Assembly: GCA_965248755.1 (NCBI GenBank)
Contig: OZ252149.1
Location: 3,808,001-3,872,000 of the forward strand
DNA length: 64,000 bases
Direction: 5' to 3'
Source of the DNA: Candidatus Latescibacterota bacterium
GTDB taxonomy: Bacteria; Latescibacterota; CBDEFO01
Shown here: one piece after another, positions 1 to 10,580 of the stretch
How positions within the stretch are numbered: the first letter of the stretch is position 1
How the letters are laid out: each line of letters begins with the position of its first letter
Notes under the pieces: generated by a model
The model's database searches: none
The model's input: only the letters and a program-made list of their open reading frames with translations
Told to the model about the DNA's origin: nothing
Program-made: the position numbers and the translations under genes

Positions 1-2
1 TT

Positions 3-668
3 CAGAGATACCTGCAGGTCTCCACAGATGAGGTGTACGGGTCTGTGGAAGAGGGGGCATCGGTTGAAGATGACGGTCTGGCCCCCAGAAGCCCTTACGC
101 TGCTACTAAAGCGGGAGGTGAGCTTCTGGTCAGGGCTTATTATGAGACTTATGTAGTCCCTGCTGTGATCACCAGAGGGAGCAATAATATAGGTCCTTAT
201 CAGTATCCTGAGAAAGCCACACCGCTTTTTATCACGAACGCCATAGACGATAAGCCTCTGCCGATTTACGGGGATGGGAAAGCGTTGAGGGATTACGTCT
301 ATGTAAAAGATCACTGTGAGGCGATAGATCTGGTGATGCAGGTGGGCAAAGTTGGAGGGGCGTATAACATAGGGGGAGGGAATCAGGTAAATACTGTGGA
401 GCTGGCCCAGAAGATCCTGGATATTCTGGAAAAGCCGAAAGATCTGATAAAGTTTGTGGAGGATCGTCCGGGACACGACAGGAGGTATTGTCTGGATTCA
501 TCTGGAATGCTTAAACTCGGATGGAACCCTGAATACACCTTCGATGAAGCCTTGAGGATAACTGTTGAGTGGTACGTGGAGAATCAGAACTGGTGGAGGA
601 GGATCAAGGAAAAAGAGAATTACAGAATCTATTATGAGGATCACTATAAGGAGCGCTTAGAAGGGTAG
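3..668 (+). CDS. rfbB: dTDP-glucose 4,6-dehydratase (5'-truncated by window edge)
   Basis: STDEVYG, PY-x-ATK, NNIGPYQYPEK and DRPGHDRRY motifs. Confidence 0.9.
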   Translation, partial: QRYLQVSTDEVYGSVEEGASVEDDGLAPRSPYAATKAGGELLVRAYYETYVVPAVITRGSNNIGPYQYPEKATPLFITNAIDDKPLPIYGDGKALRDYVYVKDHCEAIDLVMQVGKVGGAYNIGGGNQVNTVELAQKILDILEKPKDLIKFVEDRPGHDRRYCLDSSGMLKLGWNPEYTFDEALRITVEWYVENQNWWRRIKEKENYRIYYEDHYKERLEG

Positions 669-669
669 G

Positions 670-1674
670 ATGATACGAATAGGGCAAATAGGTGTGGGCT
701 ATTGGGGTAAGAATCTGTTGAGGAACTTTTGGGGGGTCGCCGATTGCAACGTGGTGTGTTGCTGTGACTTGAACCTTTCTGTGCTAGAGAGCGTAAAGGA
801 GAACTATCCTGGCGTAAGAACCACTCAGGATCCCCAGTCGGTGATCGGTGATGAGAGCGTGGACGCTGTTGTGATAGCGACTCCGTCTCCCACGCACTAT
901 GAGCTTGCCAGGGGAGCATTGTATGCCGGCAAGGATGTATTTGTAGAGAAGCCGTTTGTTCTGGACGTAAGGGAAGGTGAGGAGCTGGTGGGGATCGCAA
1001 AGCAGAAGGGTAAGGTGTTGATGGTGGGGCATCTTATGGAGTATCACCCGTCCCTTTTGAGGTTGAAGGAATATGTCCAGAATAATGAATTAGGAGATGT
1101 GCACTATATATATTCGGCGCGTGTGAATTTGGGCAGAGTCAGAAGGGAGGAAAACGCGCTGTGGAGCTTTGCCCCTCACGATATCTCTATGGTCACCTTT
1201 CTTTTGGAGGATGAACCTATTTTGGTGAGTGCTGTGGGACAGGAGTACCTGCAAGATGGCGTGGAAGACGTAGTTTTTATGACCATGCACTTTAAAGATA
1301 GGGTTATGGCTCACATTCATGTGAGCTGGCTCGATCCTCACAGAATAAGGAAGTTGACGATTGTGGGGAGCAAGAAGATGGCTGTGTTTGACGACACGAA
1401 CGCCTCGGAGACGATCAGGATTTACGACAGGGGAGTAGATCAGAATCTTGAGTACGAAAGCTACGGAGAGGCCTTGAGCATAAGGGTAGGGGATATTGTT
1501 ATTCCGAGTGTGAAGGTCTCCGAGCCCTTAGGGGAGGAGTGCAGGCATTTCATAGATTGCGTTAAAGAGAGGAGGACCCCAAGAAGCGATGGGATAGACG
1601 GATTGCGGGTGGTAAGGATCCTCAATGCGGCACAAAGGTCTATGAGCGGAAAGGGAGTCCCTGTTCCTTTATGA
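670..1674 (+). CDS. Gfo/Idh/MocA family oxidoreductase (nucleotide-sugar dehydrogenase)
   Basis: GxGYWG Rossmann motif, EKP motif, APHD; polysaccharide locus context. Confidence 0.85.
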   Translation: MIRIGQIGVGYWGKNLLRNFWGVADCNVVCCCDLNLSVLESVKENYPGVRTTQDPQSVIGDESVDAVVIATPSPTHYELARGALYAGKDVFVEKPFVLDVREGEELVGIAKQKGKVLMVGHLMEYHPSLLRLKEYVQNNELGDVHYIYSARVNLGRVRREENALWSFAPHDISMVTFLLEDEPILVSAVGQEYLQDGVEDVVFMTMHFKDRVMAHIHVSWLDPHRIRKLTIVGSKKMAVFDDTNASETIRIYDRGVDQNLEYESYGEALSIRVGDIVIPSVKVSEPLGEECRHFIDCVKERRTPRSDGIDGLRVVRILNAAQRSMSGKGVPVPL

Positions 1675-3380
1675 TAGGCTGGACTATCTTCTGCGCTTTC
1701 TTGTTCTGGTCAGGGCCTCTGTGGGGATTTTCAAAAGATGCCTCTTCCAATGTTCCTCTGGATCACTGGTCTTACGACTTTATAGATCGGTTTGAGGCAA
1801 AGGGAGTCTTGAAGAATGTAGGAAACGGCATAAAGCCCTTTTCAAGGACGGAGATGGCAGAGGCCCTGGCCAGGATCGTAAGATGGGGCAATGAGGGTGG
1901 AGAATTGAGTCGGGTTGAAAGGGGGGAGTTGGGTGAGTTAAAGCGTGAGTTCAGGGAGGAGCTACAGGCCCTGGGAGTGGAGTCAGGCTACATTGCGGGA
2001 AAGAACTTCCTTGCCAGGTTTGTAAATGGAGAGAATCTCTTTTTCTGGGAGCAGGGGAGGAGCAATCTCTACTTTGATCTGCTGTTCAGGCAGAGGGGGA
2101 TCTTCAATTCAGGGGATTCGAATCGAAACACGGAGAGAATCTATCAGACGACTTCGGGTTTTGAGATAAGAGGGAATTTAGGGGGAACATTAGGGTTCAG
2201 GACAAGAATAAGAGATACGAGAGAGCAGGGGACAAGGAGATATTTTACCAGAGATGATGTCTTTGCAAGGCGACTTGAGTTTGTAACTTTAAGGGACGAT
2301 TTTGCGGATTTTAGGGAGGCAGATGCATATTTTGTATTTTCTCTACCCTGGTTTGATGTGGAGATCGGGAAGGACTCTGCAATTTGGGGGCCGGGGTTCA
2401 GGGAGAATTTAGCCCTGTCTGACAACGTCCCTTCGTTTGATATGGTAAGGTTAAGGGCGCAGTACGGCAGGTTCAAGCTCGTAAGCATCGCGGGATTTTT
2501 GAGGTCGAACGATCCTGATAGCACAAGGTCGTATGTGGTCGGAGGGTTTAACAGAGATATAGACAAGAGGAAGTACCTGGCTGCTCACAGAATAGAAATT
2601 GCCGTTTATCCCGGTGTAGATGTCGGCTTTCACGAGGTTGTGATATATGGCGACAGGGGGCTGGAACCGACGTACCTGAACCCCTTTATGCTCTACTGGG
2701 TGGCCGAGACCTACCTGGGGGATAAGGACAATACGACTCTGGGATTGGATGTGGACGTCAATTTAATAAGGGGTGTCAAGTTCTACGGGGCACTGTTTAT
2801 AGACGATCTTAAGAAGTTTAAGCTCGGAAAGGGCGCAATCGCCAATAAACTTGCCCTTCAGGGCGGTCTCTTCTGGAACGACCCTTTCGGGCTTCGGGAT
2901 ACAGATTTAAGGTTTGAGTACGCCAGACTGGAACCGTGGGTGTACACCCATAAGTTCCCTATAAATACGTTTATGCATTTTGGTTCGATCTTGGGGCATC
3001 AGCTGGGACCTAATGGAGATGACGTCTTTTTTAGGGCTGAACATAGATTCAGTAAGGATGTCTCTTTAGCGGTTTTGCTCCAAAGAGAAAGACAAGGGGA
3101 AAACGTAATTTCTGATGATGGAAAGGTGATAAGGAATGTGGGAGGTGATGTTGAAGTCGGGATCAAAAGGACGGACAATGTCTCTACAAAGAGGTTCCTT
3201 GACGGTGTGGTGGAAAAGAGAACGAGACTGGGATTTGAAGGGTCGTATGAGGTCATAAGGGATCTTTACCTTTTTTCGAGCTACAGAAGAACATTTTCCG
3301 ATAACGTAAAGGTGGAAAATGCCCGGACTGATCCTGTGGACAACGAGATTATTCTCTCGATCAGATATAACTATTTTTGA
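1671..3380 (+). CDS. Capsule assembly Wzi family outer-membrane protein
   Basis: Signal peptide, VPLDHWSY...IKPFSR N-terminus, WGPG...LALSDN motif, C-terminal aromatic residue. Confidence 0.75.
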   Translation: MIGWTIFCAFLFWSGPLWGFSKDASSNVPLDHWSYDFIDRFEAKGVLKNVGNGIKPFSRTEMAEALARIVRWGNEGGELSRVERGELGELKREFREELQALGVESGYIAGKNFLARFVNGENLFFWEQGRSNLYFDLLFRQRGIFNSGDSNRNTERIYQTTSGFEIRGNLGGTLGFRTRIRDTREQGTRRYFTRDDVFARRLEFVTLRDDFADFREADAYFVFSLPWFDVEIGKDSAIWGPGFRENLALSDNVPSFDMVRLRAQYGRFKLVSIAGFLRSNDPDSTRSYVVGGFNRDIDKRKYLAAHRIEIAVYPGVDVGFHEVVIYGDRGLEPTYLNPFMLYWVAETYLGDKDNTTLGLDVDVNLIRGVKFYGALFIDDLKKFKLGKGAIANKLALQGGLFWNDPFGLRDTDLRFEYARLEPWVYTHKFPINTFMHFGSILGHQLGPNGDDVFFRAEHRFSKDVSLAVLLQRERQGENVISDDGKVIRNVGGDVEVGIKRTDNVSTKRFLDGVVEKRTRLGFEGSYEVIRDLYLFSSYRRTFSDNVKVENARTDPVDNEIILSIRYNYF

Positions 3381-3456
3381 GCTTTAAAAATGCGATAGTA
3401 ATCTGTCAATCTTTAGGGAGTTATCCTGTTAATTGTTAAACTAAGGAGCTGAGGTT

Positions 3457-5172
3457 ATGTTTAGGTTTAGGTTTAGAATTGTCATTATCCTAGCTATTAT
3501 CTTATCCCACCTCCCACCTGCGTTTTCACAAACCCTGAAGGGTTTGGTCAGTGAGTCGCAAGAGAGGGAAAGAAGGATGATCCCTTCTATGCCGGAGGCG
3601 ACACTGCCGGAGGTCGAACAGGAGGAGGAGGGGCCTCTTCTGCCGTTAGGCCGTCCGACGGAGTTTCAGAAGGCGCTCGACAGGAGGATAGACCCCAATG
3701 AATATATCGTGGGGCCTGACGATAAGTTCACGATCTATCTCTGGGGAGAGTTGGATCACGAACTGAAGCTTGTAGTGACCCCTGAGGGGATGCTCTTGAT
3801 ACCGACGGTGGGCGAGGTGGACGTGTCGGACAGGAGCTTGGCAAAGGCCAGAGACTTGATCATAAATGCGGTCAAAGCCCGATACGAAAGGGACGTAGAT
3901 GTATCTGTGGCTCTGACCGATCTTCGGTCTTTCAAAGTAGCCGTCAAGGGTTACGTCAGGAGGCCCGGTCCAGTCGTAGGCTACGCTATGGACAGGGTCT
4001 CAGACGTTATAGAAGCGTCGGGAGGGCTAATTGACGCGAGACCGTTCCCTTCGCCTGTAATTGAACCCGTTGCCGAAGCGCGCTCGTCGACGAGGAATAT
4101 AAAGGTCTACAGGCTCGACGGAACTGTCGTCAATGTGGATCTGGATATGTACTACCGAACGCATAGGATGGAGACAAATCCTTACGTCCGCATGGGAGAT
4201 GTAATCCACGTGCCTGTGGGGAAGAGTTACATGGACGTATTCGGGGCGGTGAACATCCCCGGCAAGTATGAACTGACGGGAGATGACAGCATCGAAAGTA
4301 TCATAGAACTGGCCGGGGGACTCCAGACAAATGCGTATTTAGACAGCGTGGAGATCGCCCGATTTGAGGAGGACGGCATCGGGGTACAGCATATATGGAT
4401 CGATCTGAACGAGCATCTGTCAGCGATGGGTGGGACGAGGAATTTCGATCTTATGCCTGACGACCGAGTACTCCTGCGTCGTATCCCAGACTGGAGGAAG
4501 AAAAGGTGGGTGAGAGTCAGGGATGAGGTGATGATGCCAGGGATCTACGTGATAGGTAAAAAGGGCGTAATGTTGACTGATCTTATAAGGCAAACGGGTG
4601 GATTTACGGAGGAGGCCTCGCTGGTCGATGCTGTAGTCTTTAGAGGTGAACTTTCACTGATAAGGGACGCCGAATATGAGCGGCTCAAGGAGATTCCCGT
4701 GGCGGATATGGATGAGGACGAGAGGAGGTATTTCGCGACGAAATCAAGGGAACGGCCGGGAAGGATGCTCGTTGATTTTCGTAAGTTATTCATAGAGGGC
4801 GACTTGTCTGAGGATCTGCTCCTGCTCTCGGAAGATGAAGTAAGGATTCCGAATAAGAGGGAAACTGTAGGCGTGAGTGGACGCGTCAAGACCCCCGGTC
4901 TAGTGGAGTTCGTCCCGGAAGCGGATGCGTATTACTATCTGTCTCAGGCAGGAGGGCTGACGTGGAACGCGGATAAGGGTCGGATGAAGGTGATCAAGTC
5001 CGAGGACGGACTTCTGCTTAAGCCCGAAGAAGTTGACGAGATACACCCGGGGGATACGGTCTGGATCCCCTCCAAAAGGGAGGTGGATTTCTGGGGTTTC
5101 TTCAAGAGTAGTATGTCAGTTCTGGCACAGGCAGCGACACTCGTTATTGTGGTAGATAGTGTCACTAAGTGA
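3457..5172 (+). CDS. Polysaccharide export protein with multiple SLBB domains (Wza/KpsD-like)
   Basis: YIVGPDD Poly_export motif; repeated G-x-V-x-x-PG and AGG SLBB motifs. Confidence 0.85.
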   Translation: MFRFRFRIVIILAIILSHLPPAFSQTLKGLVSESQERERRMIPSMPEATLPEVEQEEEGPLLPLGRPTEFQKALDRRIDPNEYIVGPDDKFTIYLWGELDHELKLVVTPEGMLLIPTVGEVDVSDRSLAKARDLIINAVKARYERDVDVSVALTDLRSFKVAVKGYVRRPGPVVGYAMDRVSDVIEASGGLIDARPFPSPVIEPVAEARSSTRNIKVYRLDGTVVNVDLDMYYRTHRMETNPYVRMGDVIHVPVGKSYMDVFGAVNIPGKYELTGDDSIESIIELAGGLQTNAYLDSVEIARFEEDGIGVQHIWIDLNEHLSAMGGTRNFDLMPDDRVLLRRIPDWRKKRWVRVRDEVMMPGIYVIGKKGVMLTDLIRQTGGFTEEASLVDAVVFRGELSLIRDAEYERLKEIPVADMDEDERRYFATKSRERPGRMLVDFRKLFIEGDLSEDLLLLSEDEVRIPNKRETVGVSGRVKTPGLVEFVPEADAYYYLSQAGGLTWNADKGRMKVIKSEDGLLLKPEEVDEIHPGDTVWIPSKREVDFWGFFKSSMSVLAQAATLVIVVDSVTK

Positions 5173-5186
5173 GAGGAGGAGTGGAC

Positions 5187-6434
5187 ATGAGTAAAAAGGA
5201 GATGAACGTCCTGGATATATTCTACATCTTGGTAAAAAGATGGAAGGCTATATTTGGTATTGTGTCCTCGGTATTTGTTGTCTCGGCTGTAGTGAGTCTT
5301 CTGCTGCCCGAATGGTACAGGGCGACGGCGACGGTTCTGCCGCCCAAACGGCAAAGTCGAACTTACGGCTTCAGTGAGCTTATATCACAGCTTCCGGTTC
5401 CGTCCTTAAGATTGGGCGAAAGGGGAAGTCCTGCGGATATTTTCGTCGGCATCCTAAAGGGCGACGAGGTGGCAAATAAGATAATTGACAGGTTTAATCT
5501 AATGGAAGCCTACGAGCAGGAATACAGAGACAAGACACTGGAGATCTTGAGGGGCAACATCGAAGTAAGAAAAACGGATGATGGGTTGATCGCGGTAAGT
5601 GTACTGGATACATCACCTGTAACGGCCGCTAACATGGCAAACGCTTTTGTGCATTTCTTGGACAAGAAGAACCAGGAATTGTCCATACGGATGGCGTCCG
5701 AAAGAAAGGAGTTCATTGAGAGACAGATGGTCATACACACTCCCAAATTAGAGGCATCGCAGGTGGCCTTAAAGGAGTTTCAGGAGAAGCACAATGCTAT
5801 ATCTGTGCCCGATCAGGCCGAGGCCGCGATCCAGGTAGCGTCCAGGATACAGGCTGAGTTGATGGAGCTGGAACTGAAGTTGTGGACGTTCAAAAGCTCG
5901 ATGAACTTCGATCACCCTGAGGTCAGAAAAATCGAAAATAGTATAGGGTTTAGAAAGAGGCAGTTGAACCAGATGAAATTCGGAAGAAGGCCCCGGGGTT
6001 CCGATGGACAGTTTGAAGAGATAGGCTTGGGAGACTTCAGTGAGAACCTATTTCTGCCACTGGCGGATATTCCGGGTGTATCTTTGGAGTATTCCCAGTT
6101 AGGAAAGGATCTGATAATACAATCGGCTGTGGGTGAGTTTCTGCTTGAGGAGTTTGCAAGGGCAAGTATAGAGGAGACCAACACAACTCCCACGGTTCAG
6201 TTCTCGGACTATGCCGTTCCTCCGGATATAAAGGCCAAGCCCAAAAGAGCTGTAATAGTCTTGCTCTCTACGATTTTCAGTTGCGTCTTTATGATCATGG
6301 GTGTTCTCCTTATCGAGTACTTTAATGTCATAAGGGAGGCTGAGGACGAGGATTCTAAAAAGCTGGAAAAGATTTTGACCGAGTTAAAACGACTGAAACC
6401 GTGGGGAGAAGCGGAAGATAAGCAGGAGGCATAA
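5187..6434 (+). CDS. Wzz/GumC-type polysaccharide co-polymerase (chain-length determinant)
   Basis: Two terminal TM segments, coiled-coil middle, PP..KAKPKR motif; no kinase domain. Confidence 0.85.
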   Translation: MSKKEMNVLDIFYILVKRWKAIFGIVSSVFVVSAVVSLLLPEWYRATATVLPPKRQSRTYGFSELISQLPVPSLRLGERGSPADIFVGILKGDEVANKIIDRFNLMEAYEQEYRDKTLEILRGNIEVRKTDDGLIAVSVLDTSPVTAANMANAFVHFLDKKNQELSIRMASERKEFIERQMVIHTPKLEASQVALKEFQEKHNAISVPDQAEAAIQVASRIQAELMELELKLWTFKSSMNFDHPEVRKIENSIGFRKRQLNQMKFGRRPRGSDGQFEEIGLGDFSENLFLPLADIPGVSLEYSQLGKDLIIQSAVGEFLLEEFARASIEETNTTPTVQFSDYAVPPDIKAKPKRAVIVLLSTIFSCVFMIMGVLLIEYFNVIREAEDEDSKKLEKILTELKRLKPWGEAEDKQEA

Positions 6435-6436
6435 AG

Positions 6437-7741
6437 TTGGGGAAAGCCGAGGAAATGTCATTTTCAAAGAGCTTTTCTCTGAGATTGGCTCGCGATGTGG
6501 GGGTGATAGTGATGGCGTTAGGGAACCACGTAATGCTGACGCGATTTTTAGGGGCTGAGGGCAGGGGCCAGTACGCTATACTGTCCACGACCGCTATTTT
6601 GCTTACTCTGTTTTTCGGCCAGATGATCTCGAGATCAAATTCGTATCTTGTCGGGAAAGATAGAAGTAGGGCTGGTGATCTATTTGCAAATAGCATGTTG
6701 TACAGTTTGGGAGTGGGACTTTTTCTAACTTTATGTTTTTTCCTACTGGTGAGTGGCTTTAGGGATCTGAGCATTGGGGGTCTTTTCGGCCTGGCGGTAG
6801 GTGTGGCTGCGGTGACTGTGCTGCTGCACGCGATATATTCTCTTTTCTTGGGCATGGACAGAATGATTGAGTTTAATACTGTTCCGCTGGTCGCGGCCTT
6901 TCTATATCTTTGTGGAAATGTATTCGTGCTGTGGGGATTGAAATTAGGGCTTAAATGGGTTATGTTGAACTGGTTGATAGCGTCGCTTTTTGCGTTTATT
7001 TTGGGATTTTGGTTATTGTTCAGATTAATCGGTATAACGAGGAGATTCTCTGGCGGGCTTTTCAGAGAGTCGCTGAAGGTAGGATCGAAGGGGACGGTTG
7101 TGAACGTATTGGTGGCTCTATTGTTCAGAGTGGACATCTTTCTTGTGGACTATTTCTTGGGACACGCCTCTGCGGGGGTCTATTCGATTGCGATAGTGTT
7201 CGCTGAGATGTTGATGAAGGTACCGAACGTGGCTGCGAATGTGTTATTCCCCAAGGTTTCCGCCGATAGTGTTGAGGGGGGGGATAGACTAACAGCTAAG
7301 GTGAACAGGCTGGTAATTTTGCTGACGGTGTGTATGGGTCTTTTAATGGTTCTTATAGGATGGTGGATTATACCCGCTATATTTGGAGTGGACTTTGAGG
7401 GAGCTTACATTCCGCTGGTGTTTATGATGCCGGGGATTTTAGCTGCGGCTTCGGGATCTATTATAGGGACGAACCTGTGGACCAAGGGGTATCCGAATGT
7501 TACGATGATAGCCGCAGGCTCTGGTTTGGCACTGAATGTGATTCTAAATTTAATACTGATTCCGAGATTCGGGCTCGTGGGAGCGGGTCTTGCGACCTCT
7601 GCGGCCTACATTCTGTGGTCGGGATCGATTTTCAGATATTTCGTACAGAACACTTCGGTTTCGTCCGGAAGCTTGATTTTCCCCAGGATGGAGGACTTCG
7701 CCTTTATGAGATTGAGTATCAAAAGGCATAGTGTAGCGTAG
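6437..7741 (+). CDS. Oligosaccharide flippase (Wzx)
   Basis: About 12 hydrophobic segments, RFLGAEGRG, LIPRFGLVGA. Confidence 0.85.
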   Translation: MGKAEEMSFSKSFSLRLARDVGVIVMALGNHVMLTRFLGAEGRGQYAILSTTAILLTLFFGQMISRSNSYLVGKDRSRAGDLFANSMLYSLGVGLFLTLCFFLLVSGFRDLSIGGLFGLAVGVAAVTVLLHAIYSLFLGMDRMIEFNTVPLVAAFLYLCGNVFVLWGLKLGLKWVMLNWLIASLFAFILGFWLLFRLIGITRRFSGGLFRESLKVGSKGTVVNVLVALLFRVDIFLVDYFLGHASAGVYSIAIVFAEMLMKVPNVAANVLFPKVSADSVEGGDRLTAKVNRLVILLTVCMGLLMVLIGWWIIPAIFGVDFEGAYIPLVFMMPGILAAASGSIIGTNLWTKGYPNVTMIAAGSGLALNVILNLILIPRFGLVGAGLATSAAYILWSGSIFRYFVQNTSVSSGSLIFPRMEDFAFMRLSIKRHSVA

Positions 7742-7763
7742 CGCCCTCAAAAACGGAGGTCTT

Positions 7764-9242
7764 ATGTTGCAGGCAGCGTTAGACAAGGATCTATCTTCGT
7801 TTGAGAAATGGGGCTTTCCTTTATTGTTTCTTGTGGCAATGTTTGTTGTGGTCGTTGGAATAGCCCTACCTGTTGAAGATGCTCTGGTTGTAGCAGGGGC
7901 GTTATTAGGGGCGTTACTTGTAGTGATTTTACCGATCTATCCACAGATTCTGTTTCCTTTAATGATAATAAGCACAGCCCTGGACTATACCGGGACGTTG
8001 GTAGATACGACCAAGTTGTTAGACGTCTATGAGGTCCCGATAACGGCGTTTCATATCACGGGCGGCGGGGCTTTGTTATTTTCTATGGCTAACGCCTTTC
8101 TGAGAGGTAGAACCCGCCTGCCACGACTTGAAATAAATCTCCCGCTGATATTGTTCTTAGCCGTGGTGGGGATCTCAGTTTCCTATTCCGTGGATAGATT
8201 AGAGGCGGCGGTCGATTTTGTCCGGCTCTTATTCTTGGCCGCTCTGATGTTTGCTACGGTGCTTTTGATCGAGAATAAAAGGGACGTGATATTTGTCACC
8301 GCGTCTGTGATAATCTGTACTGTCGCTGCGTCAGTGTTTGGGATATATCAGGCTCTGACTGAGGAATTTTACCTTCCTGCCCAGGTAGTTCAGTCTTTGG
8401 GAGCGACTGTACCGAGGGCCGCGGCGACGTTTCACAATCCGAACTACTTTGCGGTATTCTTGATGATAGGGCTCGTGCTGTCTACGGCAATATTTGTAAA
8501 TTTCAAGATGTCCCTGTGGAAGAGGGTTGTCCTTCTTTTGGGAATGGTGGCGCTAATGAGTGGGATCGTGATCAGTTTTTCGCGCACCAGTTGGCTGGCA
8601 ACGGTAGTGGGCGTGTGTTCTGTGGTCTTTCTCAGTCGCAAGATCAAGTTTTTATTTGTATTTGTGGGCGTGATTGTAATAATAGTATTATTCATAACCT
8701 TCGTCTCGGAAAATTTTGCAAATCTCGTGATAGGGCGTTTTACGTCTCTCTTTACGATTGTGGATGAGATGGGGTCTTCGGCCAGAGTTTCCAGTAGCGG
8801 CAGGATATATTTTATGATAGGGGCCTGGAGGATGTTTTTGGACAATCCGTTCTTGGGTGTAGGATTCAGATCTTTTCCGGTGCTGTTCGAGAGGGATTAC
8901 AGGTACAGGCCGATAGAGTTTCCGAACTGGTTCCGGGCAAGAGAGTCGCATACTCTGCCTGCGAACCTATTGGCGGAACTGGGAATTGTCGGGTTTACAA
9001 TTGCCGCTTGGCTGATGTTTGCGATTCTAATGGCAGGGATAAGGGGGATCAAAGAGATACAGGACGGATTCCATAAATCCATGCTCATAGGTTATGTCTC
9101 TGTATTCGTGGCTTTCCAGGCCAGCATGTTGTTCACCGCGGATATAAACAATAATTTCCTCTGGATTATGACGGGCATGCTGTTTGCTGTCAAGACGATA
9201 GGCACAGGCAAGACCGTAGCCCCCGATAGAACCCCCAATTGA
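7764..9242 (+). CDS. O-antigen ligase/polymerase family protein (Wzy_C)
   Basis: Multi-TM; FHNPN, SFSR, R..M..GA..MF.DNP.LGVG and H..LAELG motifs. Confidence 0.85.
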   Translation: MLQAALDKDLSSFEKWGFPLLFLVAMFVVVVGIALPVEDALVVAGALLGALLVVILPIYPQILFPLMIISTALDYTGTLVDTTKLLDVYEVPITAFHITGGGALLFSMANAFLRGRTRLPRLEINLPLILFLAVVGISVSYSVDRLEAAVDFVRLLFLAALMFATVLLIENKRDVIFVTASVIICTVAASVFGIYQALTEEFYLPAQVVQSLGATVPRAAATFHNPNYFAVFLMIGLVLSTAIFVNFKMSLWKRVVLLLGMVALMSGIVISFSRTSWLATVVGVCSVVFLSRKIKFLFVFVGVIVIIVLFITFVSENFANLVIGRFTSLFTIVDEMGSSARVSSSGRIYFMIGAWRMFLDNPFLGVGFRSFPVLFERDYRYRPIEFPNWFRARESHTLPANLLAELGIVGFTIAAWLMFAILMAGIRGIKEIQDGFHKSMLIGYVSVFVAFQASMLFTADINNNFLWIMTGMLFAVKTIGTGKTVAPDRTPN

Positions 9243-9261
9243 ATCTTTTGGGGGTCGGGGG
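9220..9261. repeat. 23-bp palindromic element, nested copy
   Basis: cccccgataga-a-[cccccaattgaatcttttggggg]-tcggggg flanked by tag/tag. Confidence 0.8.
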
Positions 9262-9347
9262 TAGACAGCATAGAGGGCATCCCTCTCGCTGGCCGTCTAC
9301 TATTCTTGGATCTCTATAGTGACTTCCAGACTAATTTTATGTGAAGT

Positions 9348-10544
9348 ATGAAGGTCCTTTTGACATCTCATCTGTTTCCGAATAAGTTCAGTACTATTTC
9401 AGGGATATTTGTAAAGGAGGAGGTGAGTTTTCTAAAGGAGTGGTGTGATCTTAAAGTTTTAGCTCCTGTGCCCTGGTTTCCGCCTTTGGGAGGCTTTGGA
9501 AGATGGAGCAGGCTGCGCCAGATCCCGAAAAGGGAGGCGGTGGATGGGATCGAAGTTTCGAGGCCAAGATACTTGACATTTCCGCGCATGATACTGTTTT
9601 GGATCGTAGGCCTCTTCTACTTTATCTCGCTTTTTAAGGAGACAAGGAGGCTGAAGTTCGATCTGATACATGCGCACGTCGCCTACCCGGACGGTTTCGG
9701 CGCTGTCCTGCTCGGTATAGTATTCAAGAGGCCTGTGGTGGTGACAGTTCATGGGAGCGACTTGAAACTCTTTCCAAGAAAATGGTTACTGAAGGGATTG
9801 ATCGGGTGGACGTTGAGAAGGGCGAACTTCGTTATAGCTGTGAGTGAGGATATGAAAAGATTGGCTGAGGCAATGGGTGTGAAAAAAGACAAGGTCGGGG
9901 TGATCTACAACGGGGTGAATACGAAGCTGTTTCGGATATGCGGCAAGGGCGAACGCAAGGTAGAAAACTACAAGGTCAAAAGGATCATATATGTAGGGAG
10001 ATTCGACAGAAGGAAGGGCTTAGGAGTTCTGCTTGCGGCATCGGCTCGTATATTCAAGATGAGGGAGGATGTGGAGTTGGTATTGTTAGGAAGGAACAAG
10101 GAGAGAAAAGACGATGAGGAGTTCCGCGTAATAGCCAAGAATTTGGGGATCGACGATAAGGTAAAATTCGTGGACGCCGTTCCTATAGACCAGGTGCCCT
10201 TATGGCTTTATGGATCAGATCTTATGGTGCTGCCCAGCTTTTCAGAAAGCTTTGGACTCTGTGTGATTGAGGCCCTGGCCTGTGGGAAGCCCGTCGTGTC
10301 AACGAGGTGCGGCGGACCTGAGGAGGTGGTGACGGAGGATGTGGGCATACTGGTGGAACCAAGGGATGTGGAGGGGCTTAAAGACGCTATGTTATACGTG
10401 TTGGATCATCCCCAAGAATATAAAGCTGAGAAAATAGCGCAATATGCAAAAAACAGGTTCGACCTGGAAGTTACGGCACAGAGGGTGCTGGAAGTCTATT
10501 CTTGTGTTCTGGATGCACGGAAGTCTTTCCATCCCGCAAGATAA
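9348..10544 (+). CDS. Glycosyltransferase family 4
   Basis: HGSD, ESFGLCVIEALACG (EX7E). Confidence 0.9.
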   Translation: MKVLLTSHLFPNKFSTISGIFVKEEVSFLKEWCDLKVLAPVPWFPPLGGFGRWSRLRQIPKREAVDGIEVSRPRYLTFPRMILFWIVGLFYFISLFKETRRLKFDLIHAHVAYPDGFGAVLLGIVFKRPVVVTVHGSDLKLFPRKWLLKGLIGWTLRRANFVIAVSEDMKRLAEAMGVKKDKVGVIYNGVNTKLFRICGKGERKVENYKVKRIIYVGRFDRRKGLGVLLAASARIFKMREDVELVLLGRNKERKDDEEFRVIAKNLGIDDKVKFVDAVPIDQVPLWLYGSDLMVLPSFSESFGLCVIEALACGKPVVSTRCGGPEEVVTEDVGILVEPRDVEGLKDAMLYVLDHPQEYKAEKIAQYAKNRFDLEVTAQRVLEVYSCVLDARKSFHPAR

Positions 10545-10580
10545 GTAGGAGGAGAACATCAAAGCGGTCTCTCATCTCTT

